Shown here: positions 49,680 through 63,290 of the stretch, one piece after another
How the letters are laid out: every line of letters starts with the position of its first letter
How positions within the stretch are numbered: position 1 is the first letter of the stretch
NCBI RefSeq assembly: GCF_057098645.1
Contig: NZ_CM169472.1
Length of the DNA stretch: 64,000 bases
Direction: 5' to 3' (one strand)
Program-made: the position numbers and the translations under genes
The notes under the pieces: model-generated
What the model was told of the DNA's origin: nothing
Databases searched by the model: none
Seen by the model: only the letters and a program-made list of their open reading frames with translations

Positions 49680-50222
49680 TTACGGTAACAGGCTCTTGAC
49701 GTCGATAGGCTTGGCTTCGTTCTCTGCTTCGCCCTTATCTTTGCCGTCGATTGCCATACCTGCCATCCGGTAGAAGTTATACTCCGGGTATTTGCCCGGA
49801 CCGGAGATCAGCAGATCCTCTTTCTCGTAAACCAGATCCTGGCGCTTGTATTCCCCCATTTCGAAATCCGGGGTTAACTGAATCGCCGTGGTCGGACAGG
49901 CTTCTTCGCACAAACCACAGAAAATGCAGCGTGAGAAGTTGATGCGGAAAAATTCCGGATACCAGCGACCGTCTTTGGTTTCTGCTTTTTGCAGCGAGAT
50001 ACAGCCGACCGGGCAGGCTACCGCGCAGAGGTTACAGGCTACGCAACGCTCTTCGCCGTCCGGGTCGCGGGTCAGAACGATACGACCACGATAACGGGGC
50101 GGCAGATAGACCGGCTCTTCCGGGTACATTCGCGTTTCGCGTTTGGCGAACGCGTGCAGGCCGATCATCCAGATACTACGAACCTGGGTGCCGAAACCTA
50201 CTAACAATTCTTTTAAGGTCAT
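49680..50222 (-). CDS. nuoI: NADH:quinone oxidoreductase subunit I (2x 4Fe-4S ferredoxin)
   Basis: 180-aa [78 protein letters not shown]... with two CxxCxxCxxxCP motifs. Confidence 0.95.
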
Positions 50223-50236
50223 GGTCTTATTGCCCC

Positions 50237-51214
50237 TTATTGCGCCTGCCAGAGAATGACAGCCGCCGTTACCAGCAAGTTGATCAGCGTCAGCGGCAGG
50301 CAGATTTTCCAGCCGAAGGACATTACCTGGTCATAACGCGGACGCGGTAACGACGCACGAATCAAAATGAACATCATCATAAAGAACGCGGTTTTCAGCG
50401 CGAACCAGATGAATGGCGGTAACAACGGGCCTTGCCAGCCACCGAAGAACAGCGTCACCATCAATGCAGAGATGGTCACAATCCCGATGTACTCACCCAC
50501 GAAGAACAGACCGAACTTCATGCCGGAATATTCAATGTGGTAACCATCCGCCAGTTCCTGCTCGGCTTCCGGCTGATCAAACGGGTGACGGTGACACACC
50601 GCCACGCCCGCGATGGCAAAGGTAATAAAACCAAAGAATTGCGGGATGACGTTCCACACATGCGCCTGGCTGTTGACGATGTCGGTCATGTTGAATGAAC
50701 CGGCTTGCGCCACCACGCCCATCAGGGAAAGCCCGAGGAACACTTCGTAGCTCAGGGTCTGCGCAGAAGCACGCATCGCACCCAGCAGCGAGTATTTGTT
50801 GTTACTTGACCAGCCCGCAAACAGCACCGCGTAAACCGCCAGACCTGCCATCATCAGGAAGAACAAAATCCCGATGTTCAGGTCGGCAACCACCCAACCC
50901 GGACTGACTGGCACAATTGCAAAGGCCAGCAGCAGCGAGGTAAAGGCAATCATCGGTGCCAGGGTAAAGATGACGCGATCCGAGAATTTCGGGATCCAGT
51001 CTTCTTTAAAGAACATTTTGATCATGTCCGCAACCAGCTGGAGCGAACCACCCCAGCCAACACGGTTAGGTCCGTAACGGTTCTGGAACAGACCCAGCAG
51101 GCGACGTTCGCCAAAGCTCATGAATGCCCCGCAGGTGACAACCACCAGCAGGATCACCACCGCTTTGAGGATGGTCAGCAGGATCTCAATCAGTTCCGGT
51201 GATATCCAACTCAT
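50237..51214 (-). CDS. nuoH: NADH:quinone oxidoreductase subunit H
   Basis: 325-aa [62 protein letters not shown]... Confidence 0.95.
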
Positions 51215-53937
51215 TGTTGTGCCTCCTTGAGATCCTCAAGATGCGCGCCAGCCAGCACCGGAGCAATGCCGGACATACCCATCGGCAAGCCCACCTGCCC
51301 TGCCGTCAGCCCTTCAGCGATTTCAACCGGCAGCGTGACCGTGTTGCCATCGTAACTAAAGGAGACGCGTGTACCTGCGTTTACACCCAACTTCGCGGCA
51401 TCCGCTGGGTTGAGTTTGATGTACGGCTGCGGCATACGACTCTGGAAGACCGGAGCACGCTGTGACAATTCATCACTGCCAAACAGGTGGTAGTACGGCG
51501 CAATACGCCATTTCCCGTCCTGCGGCTGGAAGCGTGCCGGTACGCTGGTGAAGTAATCCAGACCATTTTCGCTGGTTTCAAACAGACGCACGCCCGGATC
51601 GCCAAAGCGCAGTTTGCCGCCCACTTCGTCCTGGAATTTGTTCCACGCCTGCGGGGAGTTCCAGCCCGGAGCCCAGGCAAACGGCACTTGCGAACGATGC
51701 GCGGTCGGCTGGTTGTTACCTTCCATCGAGAAGGTGAACATGGTGTCAATATCCTGCGGCTGACGCGGCTCATGAACGCTGATATTGGCGCGCATGGCAG
51801 TACGACCGCTGTAACGGTGCGGTTCACGGGCCAGTTTCTGCCCACGAATACGGAATGTCGCATCCGGCGCAGCATCTTTGATACCTGCCAGTTCCGGGAT
51901 TTTCGCCACAACAGCGTCAATCACATGGTCGAGCTGCGTCCAGTCCACTTCACGGCTCAGCAGAGTGCTGTGCAGCGAGTGTAACCAGCGCCAGCTTTCC
52001 AGCATGACAGTTTTGCTGTCGTAATAAGCCGGATCGTAAACCTGGAAGAAACGTTGGGCGCGGCCTTCGTTGTTGATCACCGTACCGTCGCTTTCAGCAA
52101 AGCTGGCGGCGGAAAGCACCAGATGGGCGTTTTCCATGATCGCTGTGCGTTGATGGTCAACCACCATCACCAGCGGCGCTTTAGCCAGCGCAGCATTCAC
52201 GCGGGTAGCGGATGCGTGACGATGCAGATCGTTCTCCAGCACCACCACCGCGTCGGCGCGTCCGGTTTCCAGTTCGGTTAACGCTTCTTCAAGCGAACCG
52301 CCACCCATAATGCCCAGCCCCATGCTGTTGACGGAACGGGCAATCATGGTGATACCGACGTCAGCGCCGCGACCTTTCAGGGCTTTTGCGACGTTAGCCG
52401 CCGCCTGAATCACCTCTAAGCTACCGGCGTTCGTCCCGGAGATAATCAACGGTTTCTTCGCACCCGCCAGTGCCTGCACGATGACGTCGATTTTGCTTTG
52501 CAGTTCAGGTTCAATACCGTCAACCGCTGGCGCGGAGTTGTCCAGCGCATGGGCGATGGCAAAACCTAAACGCGCCTGATCTTCAACCGGTGCGCGGTAA
52601 GTCCACGCCGCGATATCATCCAGACGGGTGTCATCAACGTTGGTAACAAACAGCGGATGCTTAGCACGTTGACCGATGTTGAGGATTGCCGCAATCTGCC
52701 AGTCAGCCACTTTCTGTGCTGCCGCCATTTCTCGCGCTTTACCTTTCACCGCCTGACGCACTGCCAGCGCGACGCGCGCGCCGGTCTGGGTAACGTCTTC
52801 GCCCAGCACCAGTACCGCATCGTAAGATTCGATTTCGCGCAGAGCCGGAGTATAAATGCCGCCTTCACGCAGCACTTTCAGCGCCAGTTGCAGACGTTCC
52901 TGCTCACCGTGAGCGATACCGGTGTAGAAGTTTTCTTCGCCCACCAGTTCACGCAGCGCAAAGTTGCTTTCCACGCTGGCGCGCGGAGAACCAATGCCGA
53001 TCACTTTCTTCGACTGACGCAGAATATCTGCTGCGCCCTGCATTGCCTGTTCGGCGTTGAGGGTAATGAAATCATCGCCACGACGCTGTACTGGCTGACG
53101 CGGACGATCTTTCAGGTTGACGTAACCGTAACCGAAACGACCACGGTCGCAGAGGAAGTAGTGGTTTACCGTACCGTTGTAACGGTTTTCGATACGACGC
53201 AGTTCACCATAACGCTCGCCGGGGCTGATGTTACAGCCGATGGAACATTGCTGGCAGATGCTCGGCGCAAACTGCATATCCCATTTACGGTTGTAACGCT
53301 CGGAGTGCGTTTTGTCGGTAAATACGCCGGTCGGGCAAATTTCGACCAGGTTACCGGAAAATTCGCTTTCCAGCGTGCCGTCTTCCGGGCGACCGAAGTA
53401 GACGTTGTCGTGTGCGCCATAAACGCCCAGATCTGTACCGTCAGCGTAATCTTTGTAGTAACGCACGCAGCGGTAGCAGGCGATGCAGCGGTTCATTTCG
53501 TGAGAGATGAACGGCCCCAAATCCTGATTACGGTGGGTACGTTTGGTGAAACGGTAGCGACGGAAGCTGTGTCCGGTCATCACGGTCATATCCTGAAGAT
53601 GGCAGTTACCGCCTTCTTCACATACCGGACAGTCGTGCGGGTGGTTGGTCATTAACCACTCGACCACACTTTCACGGAACTGTTTCGCTTCTTCGTCGTC
53701 AATGGAAATAAAGGTGCCATCGGAAGCCGGTGTCATACAGGACATCACCAGGCGACCACGCGTGTCTTCCGCGTTTTGGTATTGCTTCACCGCACACTGG
53801 CGGCAAGCACCGACGCTTCCCAGCGCCGGATGCCAGCAAAAGTAAGGAATATCAAGGCCCAGAGACAGACAAGCTTCCAGCAGGTTGTCCGCTCCGTTGA
53901 CCTCGTATTCTTTGCCGTCTACATGAATTGTAGCCAT
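51211..53937 (-). CDS. nuoG: NADH:quinone oxidoreductase subunit G (Fe-S, molybdopterin-like fold)
   Basis: M(LM)[66 protein letters not shown]...; start taken at the second in-frame ATG (908 aa); first ATG is at 53943. Confidence 0.94.
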
Positions 53938-53989
53938 TAGCATGCTTCCAGTTTTCTCAGTCAGAGACTGAGCGTTAATCGAAATTCGG

Positions 53990-55327
53990 TTACCAGCGCT
54001 CTTTCAGCAGGTTCGGCTGAATCCCATTAATCAAATAGGTATTGCTGAACGGCTGTTTGATCCCCGCCTCAAATTCTTCGCGGAAATATTTGATGGCGCT
54101 CTGTAACGGCTCCACTGCACCAGGTGCGTGGGCACAGAAAGTTTTACCCGGGCCTAAGAATCGACACAGTTGCTCAAGTGTTTCGATATCGCCCGGCTGA
54201 CCTTCGCCACGCTCCAGCGCACGCAGAATTTTCACGCTCCACGGCAGACCGTCGCGGCACGGCGTACACCAGCCGCAGGACTCACGGGCGAAAAACTCTT
54301 CCAGGTTACGCACCAGCGACACCATGTTGATCTCATGGTCAACCGCCATCGCCAGCGCCGTACCCAGACGGCTTCCCGCTTTACCGATACTTTCGAATTC
54401 CATCGGCAGATCAAGGTGCGCTTCGGTCAGGAAGTCGGTGCCCGCGCCGCCTGGCTGCCAGGCTTTGAATTTCAGACCGTCACGCATACCACCGGCGTAA
54501 TCTTCGAGGATCTCGCGCGCGGTAGTACCAAACGGCAGTTCCCACAGGCCCGGATTTTTCACCCGACCGGAGAAGCCCATCAGCTTGGTGCCAGCATCTT
54601 TACTTTTCGAGATGTTCTGATACCACTCCACGCCGTTAGCGAGGATCGCCGGAACGTTACACAGGGTTTCGACGTTGTTGACACAGGTCGGTTTGCCCCA
54701 TACGCCGGAAGTTGCCGGGAATGGCGGTTTCGAACGCGGGTTAGCGCGACGCCCTTCCAGGGAGTTGATTAACGCTGTTTCTTCACCGCAGATGTAGCGC
54801 CCTGCCCCGGTATGGACGAACAGTTCGAAATCGAAACCTGTTCCCATAATGTTTTTGCCGAGCAGCCCCGCTTCAGTCGCTTCGGCAATGGCGCGGCGCA
54901 GATTCACTGCCGCTTCAATATATTCGCCACGCAGGAAGATGTAGCCACGGTAAGCTTTCAGCGCAAACGCGGAGATGAGCATACCTTCCACCAGCAGGTG
55001 CGGCAGTTGCTCCATCAACAGGCGGTCTTTATAGGTGCCCGGCTCCATTTCATCGGCGTTACACAGCAGGTAACGGATGTTCATGGATTCGTCTTTCGGC
55101 ATCAGGCTCCACTTCAGGCCAGTCGAAAAGCCCGCGCCGCCGCGCCCTTTCAGACCAGCGTCTTTTACCTGATTAACGATTTCGTCCGGAGACAGCCCGG
55201 TCAGCGCCTTACGCGCCCCTTCGTAACCGTTTTTGCTGCGGTATTCGTCCAGCCACACTGGCTGTTTGTCATCGCGCAGACGCCAGGTCAGCGGATGCGT
55301 TTCGGGAGTACGGATAATGTTTTTCAT
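53990..55327 (-). CDS. nuoF: NADH:quinone oxidoreductase subunit F (NADH/FMN-binding)
   Basis: 445-aa [76 protein letters not shown]... Confidence 0.95.
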   Translation of the reverse strand: MKNIIRTPETHPLTWRLRDDKQPVWLDEYRSKNGYEGARKALTGLSPDEIVNQVKDAGLKGRGGAGFSTGLKWSLMPKDESMNIRYLLCNADEMEPGTYKDRLLMEQLPHLLVEGMLISAFALKAYRGYIFLRGEYIEAAVNLRRAIAEATEAGLLGKNIMGTGFDFELFVHTGAGRYICGEETALINSLEGRRANPRSKPPFPATSGVWGKPTCVNNVETLCNVPAILANGVEWYQNISKSKDAGTKLMGFSGRVKNPGLWELPFGTTAREILEDYAGGMRDGLKFKAWQPGGAGTDFLTEAHLDLPMEFESIGKAGSRLGTALAMAVDHEINMVSLVRNLEEFFARESCGWCTPCRDGLPWSVKILRALERGEGQPGDIETLEQLCRFLGPGKTFCAHAPGAVEPLQSAIKYFREEFEAGIKQPFSNTYLINGIQPNLLKERW

Positions 55328-55824
55328 TTATACCGCTCCAGCAGTTCAGGGATCGCTTCCGGGGTCAGATGCGCGTGAGTGTCCTCATCGATCATCATGT
55401 TTGGCCCTTTATCACAGTTCCCCAGGCAGCAAGTTGGCAGCAGCGTAAAGCGGCCATCAAATGTCGTTTGCCCTGGTTTGATGTTCAGCTTTTTCTCAAG
55501 CGCCGCCTGAATACCCTGATAACCGTTGATATGACAGACCACGCTGTCGCAATAACGGATCACATGGCGACCAACCGGCTGGCGGAAGATCTGACTGTAG
55601 AACGTTGCCACACCTTCGACGTCGCTTGCCGGAATACCCAGCACATCGGCGATCGCGTGGATCGCACCATCCGGCACCCAGCCACGCTGCTTCTGAACGA
55701 TTTTCAGCGCTTCAATGGACGCCGCACGCGGGTCTTCGTAGTGGTGCATCTCGTGCTCAATCGCTTCACGCTCTGCCGCACTCAGCTCAAAAGCCTCGGT
55801 TTGTGGTTGTTGATTCTCGTGCAT
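55324..55824 (-). CDS. nuoE: NADH:quinone oxidoreductase subunit E (2Fe-2S)
   Basis: 166-aa [83 protein letters not shown]... Confidence 0.95.
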
Positions 55825-55826
55825 AA

Positions 55827-57629
55827 TTAGCGGTCCACATCTGACATAACAAAATCGATACTGCCCAGATAAACAATCAGGTCAGACACCAGGCTGCCGC
55901 GGATCGCCGCCGGAATTTGCTGCAAATGCGCATAACTCGGCGTGCGGATACGAGTGCGATAACTCATGGTGCTACCGTCGCTGGTCAGGTAGTAACTGTT
56001 GATCCCCTTGGTCGCCTCAATCATCTGGAAAGATTCATTGGCAGGCATCACCGGCCCCCACGACACTTGCAGGAAGTGGGTGATCAGGGTTTCGATATGT
56101 TGCAGCGTGCGCTCTTTCGGCGGTGGCGTGGTCAGCGGGTGATCCGCTTTGAACGGGCCTTCCGGCATGTTGTTGAGGCACTGCTCAAGAATGCGCAGAC
56201 TCTGGCGCAGCTCTTCCACTTTCAGCATTACGCGGGTGTAGCAGTCAGAAACACCACCACCAACCGGGATTTCAAAGTCGAAGTTTTCATAGCCAGAATA
56301 AGGACGCGCCTTACGCACGTCGAAGTCGATCCCGGTAGCACGCAGGCCCGCGCCAGTGGTGCCCCACTCCAGCGCCTCTTTCGCGCCATAGGCGGCAACG
56401 CCCTGGGAACGACCTTTCAGAATGGTATTTTGCAGCGCCGCTTTCTCGTAAGACGCCAGACGTTTCGGCATCCAGTCTAGGAACTCACGCAGCAGACGAT
56501 CCCAGCCGCGCGGCAGGTCGTGCGCTACGCCGCCAATACGGAACCACGCCGGGTGCATACGGAAACCCGTGATCGCTTCCACCAGATCGTAAATTTTCTG
56601 ACGATCGGTAAAGGCGAAGAACACGGGCGTCATTGCGCCGACGTCCTGAATAAAGGTCGAGATATACAGCAGGTGGCTGTTGATGCGGAACAGTTCGGAG
56701 AGCATTACGCGAATGACGTTAACGCGATCCGGCACGGTGATCCCGGCCAGTTTCTCTACCGCCAGCACGTAAGGCATTTCGTTAACGCAGCCGCCGAGGT
56801 ATTCGATACGGTCGGTATACGGAATGTAGCTGTGCCAGGACTGGCGTTCGCCCATTTTCTCCGCACCACGGTGGTGGTAGCCGATGTCTGGTACGCAGTC
56901 GACAATCTCTTCGCCATCGAGCTGCAAAACGATACGGAAAGCACCGTGCGCCGACGGGTGGTTCGGACCGAGGTTGAGGAACATGAAGTCCTCGTTTTCG
57001 GTGCCGCGCTTCATCCCCCACTCTTCCGGTTTGAAGGTCAGGGCTTCCATCTCCAGATCCTGTTTGGCTTTGGTCAGCTCAAACGGCGAGAATTCGGTAG
57101 CGCGCGCCGGGTAATCTTTACGCAGCGGGTGACCTTTCCAGGTTTGCGGCATCATGATTCGGCGCAGGTTCGGGTGACCGTCGAATGTAATGCCAAACAG
57201 ATCCCAGGTTTCACGCTCATACCAGTTAGCGTTCGGGAACAGTTTGGTGAAGGTCGGTACGTGCAGGTCGTTTTCTGCCAGCGCCACCTTCAGCATGATG
57301 TCGCGGTTACGATCGATAGAAATCAGATGGTAGAAAACGGAAAAATCCGCGGCAGGTAACCCTTCGCGGTGTGTGCGCAGACGTTCGTCCATGCCGTGTA
57401 AGTCAAACAGCATGACGTAAGGTTTCGGCAGTTTCTTTAAGAAATCGCCCACTTCCAGTAATTGTTCACGCTTGATCCACACAACGGGAACCCCGGTGCG
57501 AGTCGCCTGAACAGTAAAGGCATCCGGCCCAAAACGGTTGCGCAGTTCGCCAATCACCGGATCATCAAGATGATCGCGGGTCTGCCAGGCGGGTTCTTGC
57601 GCGGTTAAGTCGGTCATATTGTTCACCAT
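55827..57629 (-). CDS. nuoC: NADH:quinone oxidoreductase fused subunit C/D
   Basis: 600-aa [63 protein letters not shown]... with NuoC-like N-terminal and NuoD-like C-terminal halves; true start may be the Met at codon 5. Confidence 0.94.
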
Positions 57630-57722
57630 TGCAAATGGTCCGTGGTGACTGTCGGCGCAGTAAGCTTCGCGAAATAGATTTAGGAATAAGCGAAGAAAAA
57701 TCCCTTTGCCGACAGGCGCAAA

Positions 57723-58385
57723 TTAAATCTCGTCAGGTGTACGCAGGTTGGTTACGGCAATGCGTTCACCGCGCTTGCGTTCGCGCTCTGATTGCATATT
57801 GGCGCGATAAACGCCCTGATCGCCAACCACCCAGGAGAGCGGACGACGTTCTTTGCCGATAGATTCCTGCAACAGCATCAGTGCCTGCATGTACGCTTCA
57901 GGACGCGGCGGGCAGCCCGGGATATACACATCAACCGGGATGAATTTATCGACGCCCTGCACAACGGAATAAATATCGTACATACCACCAGAGTTGGCAC
58001 AGGCACCCATTGAGATAACCCATTTTGGTTCCAGCATCTGGTCATACAGACGCTGAATAACCGGTGCCATTTTGGTAAAGCAGGTTCCTGCAACCACCAT
58101 CAGGTCAGCCTGACGCGGCGAAGCACGCAATACTTCTGCGCCAAAACGCGCCACGTCATGCACCGCGGTAAACGAAGTCACCATCTCAACGTAACAGCAG
58201 GAAAGACCGAAGTTATACGGCCAAATTGAGTTTTTACGACCCCAGTTAACCATGTCATTGAGCTTGCCCATAAACACGTTTTTGTTAACTTCTTGCTCCA
58301 GAGGGTCGGTTACGATCTCCTGCTTTTGCAGGGGGTAACGGTCGTTCTCACCGTTGGGATCTATGCGGGTGAGCGTATAATCCAT
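57723..58385 (-). CDS. nuoB: NADH:quinone oxidoreductase subunit B (N2 cluster)
   Basis: 220-aa [71 protein letters not shown]... Confidence 0.95.
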
Positions 58386-58400
58386 CTTAATGCCTCGCGG

Positions 58401-58844
58401 TTAGCGTTGACGATTAGCGATACTGTTCGTTTCCGGGTTCATACGCTCGCGGCGTGAACGCGCGGGCGTCCAGTCCAGCGCGCCAATACGCACCAGATAA
58501 ACCAGACCTGCCAGTAACACAAAAATAAAAATTGCAGCTTCCACAAAGCCTACCCAGCCGCTTTCGCGGATAGAGGTTGACCATGCGAACAGATACAGCG
58601 CTTCAACGTCGAAGATAACGAAGAACATGGCCACCAGATAAAACTTGGCGGACAGGCGTAAGCGGGCGGAGCCGACCGAGTCGATACCGGATTCAAACGG
58701 CACGTTTTTCGACCTCGCGCGTGCGCGACCGCCTAAAAACCAACCGCCTACCAGCATCAGGCAACACAGGCCAATGGCAACGATAAGAAAGATAGCGAAT
58801 GCCCAGTGATGAGCGATGACTTCAGTGGATGTTGACATACTCAT
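58401..58844 (-). CDS. nuoA: NADH:quinone oxidoreductase subunit A
   Basis: 147-aa three-[91 protein letters not shown]...; first gene of the nuo operon. Confidence 0.95.
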
Positions 58845-59473
58845 TGCTTACTCATCAAAAGTAGCGCCAGATTCACTGCTCTTCACGGCAGATGGACGCC
58901 ACATCGATTCATGGGGAGGAATAAAAAAAACCTTACAATCACTGTAGAAATTCTTTTATACAGCTAATTGATGTGGTCTTTTACTCCTTTCTATAACCTT
59001 TTGTCAACTTTAACAAAAGTTTCTTCACATTAGTTTACATAATATCAACACCATTAGCATTTAATGCCCTTTCACCCCAGATCCTTGACGACTCCAGGAT
59101 AATTAGATGTTGTTGAATCGTGTCCGTTGTGAAGCAATGGAAAAAATACGGGTCTATTTTGACAGGAATTTGTGTCGATTCCTCCCCCCAAAAGAGAGTA
59201 TTTTCTTGATCTGTGACACGCTTTTGTCATTCCATAACAAAAACGCAGCAACAAATTTACGTATTTTTTAACATCATTGTAGCAGGTGATTTTTTTCAGG
59301 CGATTATTTGTGCGTACGGGGCGTGAATCTCTGGTGATTAAAAAATGAACAGTTTTGTACGTTCTGCACGATGTGAAGAAGGTTCTTTACTAAAAAAAAG
59401 CCGCTGGGGTCTAAAACACCCCCAGCGGCTCGTTTTTACACTATTGTTCCAGGAATTATCTATGGTCCGTCGA
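58845..59473 (-). promoter_or_regulatory. nuo operon promoter/leader region (about 630 bp, AT-rich) between lrhA and nuoA
   Basis: Long non-coding AT-rich interval immediately upstream of nuoA with no supported ORF; individual regulator sites not resolved by eye. Confidence 0.4.
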
Positions 59474-60415
<942 letters not shown>

Positions 60416-61331
60416 TTATCACTTACTGGCGGCTCATACTGAGCTGGTTAATGCTGTGCACACACAAACAAGCAATTCCATTTGTAATGTGCCTCCCTGG
60501 CAGTTTCATCCGGAACCCGGACGAAAGTAAAAATGCATATGAGTTGCACTAAAAAAGCGACTCACATTGTTCCGTTATAATGCCTGAAGTAGATCACAGA
60601 ATATATCTTCAGGGATCGCATATCTATTAAGTTACTCACTCTTTTCTATTTATGACATGCGCGTGTTTGTATAAATGTAAATGTGAGTCCTTGTTCCACT
60701 CTCGTGCAGCATCGCTGGTCATACGCGAACACGTACAAACAGCAATGGTGAGGCGGCATCAAGAGCAGGGATCCGTCATTTATGCGAGCATTTTACCCCA
60801 AAAACCTTTTATTTATAAGGGTCATTGCGAATTATCTGATGCAAAGTTATGTTATGTTAGGCAAAGTAATCTTCTATTATTAATAAGCACATCAAAACCT
60901 TTTTGAATATTAAATAATAATTAATTAGCATCATCCTCATTCATTAATTCCGCTTAACAATAGTTTCACACCTTGCCCCCATTGCGACACCTCGGAAATC
61001 ATCACGCTGTTAAACTCTCCGTAATGCGGAAATATCATCATCGCGTTTCATTAGTGAATTCTTAAATGAGGCATTTTCACACAATTATCTTACAGATAAA
61101 AAAACCAGACCCACAATTAAGAATCAGAACAATTCACTATATAACACTGCATGTAAAGCATATACACCTCATTATTTTGTCATTATTAAGTTATTAACAG
61201 CACAATCGAGCCTTCCCCTCTGGCAAAATCTTATTCTGCAGACCTTCAAAACACCGTCCTGGGGGAGTACATTGTTCTAAGCTGACTTCCACGGCAGGGA
61301 GTGGCGATAACAGCAAAAAAGGTCAAGATTC

Positions 61332-62549
61332 ATGTCCCCCATTGAAAAATCCAGCAAATTAGAGAATGTCTGTTATGACATCCGTGGTCCGGTGCTGAAA
61401 GAAGCAAAACGCCTGGAAGAAGAAGGTAACAAGGTACTGAAACTGAACATCGGCAACCCAGCCCCGTTCGGTTTTGACGCGCCAGATGAAATCCTCGTTG
61501 ACGTGATACGCAACCTGCCTACAGCTCAAGGGTATTGCGATTCCAAAGGTCTTTACTCCGCGCGTAAAGCCATCATGCAGCACTACCAGGCTCGTGGCAT
61601 GCGTGATGTTACCGTGGAAGATATTTACATCGGCAATGGTGTATCGGAGCTTATCGTTCAGGCAATGCAGGCATTGCTGAACAGCGGGGACGAAATGTTG
61701 GTTCCTGCACCAGATTACCCACTATGGACCGCGGCGGTTTCGCTTTCCAGCGGTAAAGCGGTGCATTATCTTTGCGATGAATCCTCTGACTGGTTCCCGG
61801 ACCTCGATGATATTCGCGCTAAAATTACGCCTCGTACGCGTGGGATCGTTATTATCAACCCAAATAACCCAACCGGCGCGGTATATTCCAAAGAGCTTTT
61901 AATGGAGATTGTGGAGATTGCACGTCAGCATAATCTCATTATCTTCGCCGATGAAATTTATGACAAAATTCTCTACGACGACGCTGAGCATCACTCAATT
62001 GCGCCGCTGGCACCTGACCTGCTGACCATTACCTTTAATGGACTGTCGAAAACGTACCGCGTTGCAGGCTTCCGTCAGGGGTGGATGGTGTTGAACGGGC
62101 CGAAAAAACACGCCAAAGGCTACATCGAAGGTCTGGAAATGCTGGCTTCAATGCGCCTGTGTGCTAACGTTCCTGCGCAACACGCCATTCAGACCGCGCT
62201 GGGTGGTTATCAGAGCATCAGTGAATTTATTACCCCTGGCGGTCGTCTTTATGAGCAGCGTAACCGCGCGTGGGAATTGATCAACGATATTCCGGGCGTT
62301 TCCTGCGTGAAACCTCGTGGTGCGCTGTACATGTTCCCGAAAATCGACGCCAAACGCTTTAACATTCACGACGATCAGAAAATGGTGCTGGATTTCCTGT
62401 TGCAGGAAAAAGTTCTGTTGGTGCAAGGGACGGCATTCAACTGGCCGTGGCCGGATCACTTCCGCATTGTCACGCTACCGCGTGTCGATGATATCGAGCT
62501 GTCTTTGAGCAAGTTCGCGCGTTTCCTTTCTGGTTATCATCAGCTGTAA
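61332..62549 (+). CDS. alaA: Glutamate-pyruvate aminotransferase AlaA
   Basis: 405-aa PLP fold-type I aminotransferase MSPIEKSSKLENVCYDIRGPVLKEAKRLEEEGNKVLKLNIGNPAPFGFDAPDEILVDVIRNL... (SKTY motif present). Confidence 0.94.
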   Translation: MSPIEKSSKLENVCYDIRGPVLKEAKRLEEEGNKVLKLNIGNPAPFGFDAPDEILVDVIRNLPTAQGYCDSKGLYSARKAIMQHYQARGMRDVTVEDIYIGNGVSELIVQAMQALLNSGDEMLVPAPDYPLWTAAVSLSSGKAVHYLCDESSDWFPDLDDIRAKITPRTRGIVIINPNNPTGAVYSKELLMEIVEIARQHNLIIFADEIYDKILYDDAEHHSIAPLAPDLLTITFNGLSKTYRVAGFRQGWMVLNGPKKHAKGYIEGLEMLASMRLCANVPAQHAIQTALGGYQSISEFITPGGRLYEQRNRAWELINDIPGVSCVKPRGALYMFPKIDAKRFNIHDDQKMVLDFLLQEKVLLVQGTAFNWPWPDHFRIVTLPRVDDIELSLSKFARFLSGYHQL

Positions 62550-62558
62550 TCTTAATTT

Positions 62559-62590
62559 CACTGCCGGAGATTGCATCCGGCAGTGTTATC
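62559..62590 (+). terminator. Hairpin after alaA (CACTGCCGGA...TCCGGCAGTG followed by TTATCCC)
   Basis: 10-bp inverted repeat with 7-nt loop 10 nt downstream of the alaA stop; U-tract weak. Confidence 0.5.
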
Positions 62591-62632
62591 CCGCCACAAT
62601 GACCTGATGATGTCATCATACGTAAGGTCACT

Positions 62633-63232
62633 ATGAAACAGAGCCATTTTTTTGCCCATCTCTCCCGCCTGAAACTCATTAACCGCTGGCCGCTCATGCG
62701 CAACGTGCGGACGGAAAATGTGTCCGAACACAGTTTGCAGGTAGCGATGGTCGCCCATGCGCTGGCAGCTATCAAAAATCGGAAATTTGGCGGTAATGTC
62801 AACGCCGAACGTATCGCTTTACTGGCGATGTACCACGATGCCTCAGAAGTGCTCACCGGCGATCTCCCTACTCCGGTGAAATACTTCAATTCGCAAATCG
62901 CTCAGGAATACAAGGCTATTGAAAAAATCGCTCAGCAAAAACTGGTCGATATGGTTCCGGAAGAGCTGCAGGATATCTTTGCGCCGTTAATTGACGAGCA
63001 TGCATATAGCGATGAAGAAAAATCGTTGGTGAAACAGGCAGATGCACTGTGTGCATATCTGAAATGTCTGGAAGAACTCGCGGCGGGAAATAATGAATTC
63101 TTGCTGGCAAAAACGCGACTGGAAGCGACGCTTGAAGCGCGCCGCAGCCAGGAGATGGACTACTTCATGGAAGTATTTGTTCCCAGCTTCCATCTTTCGC
63201 TCGATGAGATTAGCCAGGATTCACCGCTGTAA
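62633..63232 (+). CDS. yfbR: 5'-deoxynucleotidase YfbR (HD domain)
   Basis: 199-aa [84 protein letters not shown]... Confidence 0.92.
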   Translation: MKQSHFFAHLSRLKLINRWPLMRNVRTENVSEHSLQVAMVAHALAAIKNRKFGGNVNAERIALLAMYHDASEVLTGDLPTPVKYFNSQIAQEYKAIEKIAQQKLVDMVPEELQDIFAPLIDEHAYSDEEKSLVKQADALCAYLKCLEELAAGNNEFLLAKTRLEATLEARRSQEMDYFMEVFVPSFHLSLDEISQDSPL

Positions 63233-63243
63233 GCAGCTGGAGT

Positions 63244-63286
63244 CTGCGTCGCATCAGGCAATAAGCGCCGGATGCGACATCAGGCT
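63244..63286. repeat. REP-like palindromes between convergent yfbR and yfbS
   Basis: GCGTCGCATCAGGC...GCCGGATGCGACATCAGGC, same family as the nrdA-nrdB REP units. Confidence 0.6.
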
Positions 63287-63290
63287 CTTG

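Noticed and set aside
59072-59254. 60-codon ORF in the nuo leader region
   Set aside because: No ribosome-binding site or recognisable protein features; lies in a regulatory leader
60652-60906. 84-codon ORF in the lrhA-alaA intergenic region
   Set aside because: No SD, Cys-rich low-complexity start, located in AT-rich promoter DNA; no support beyond being open
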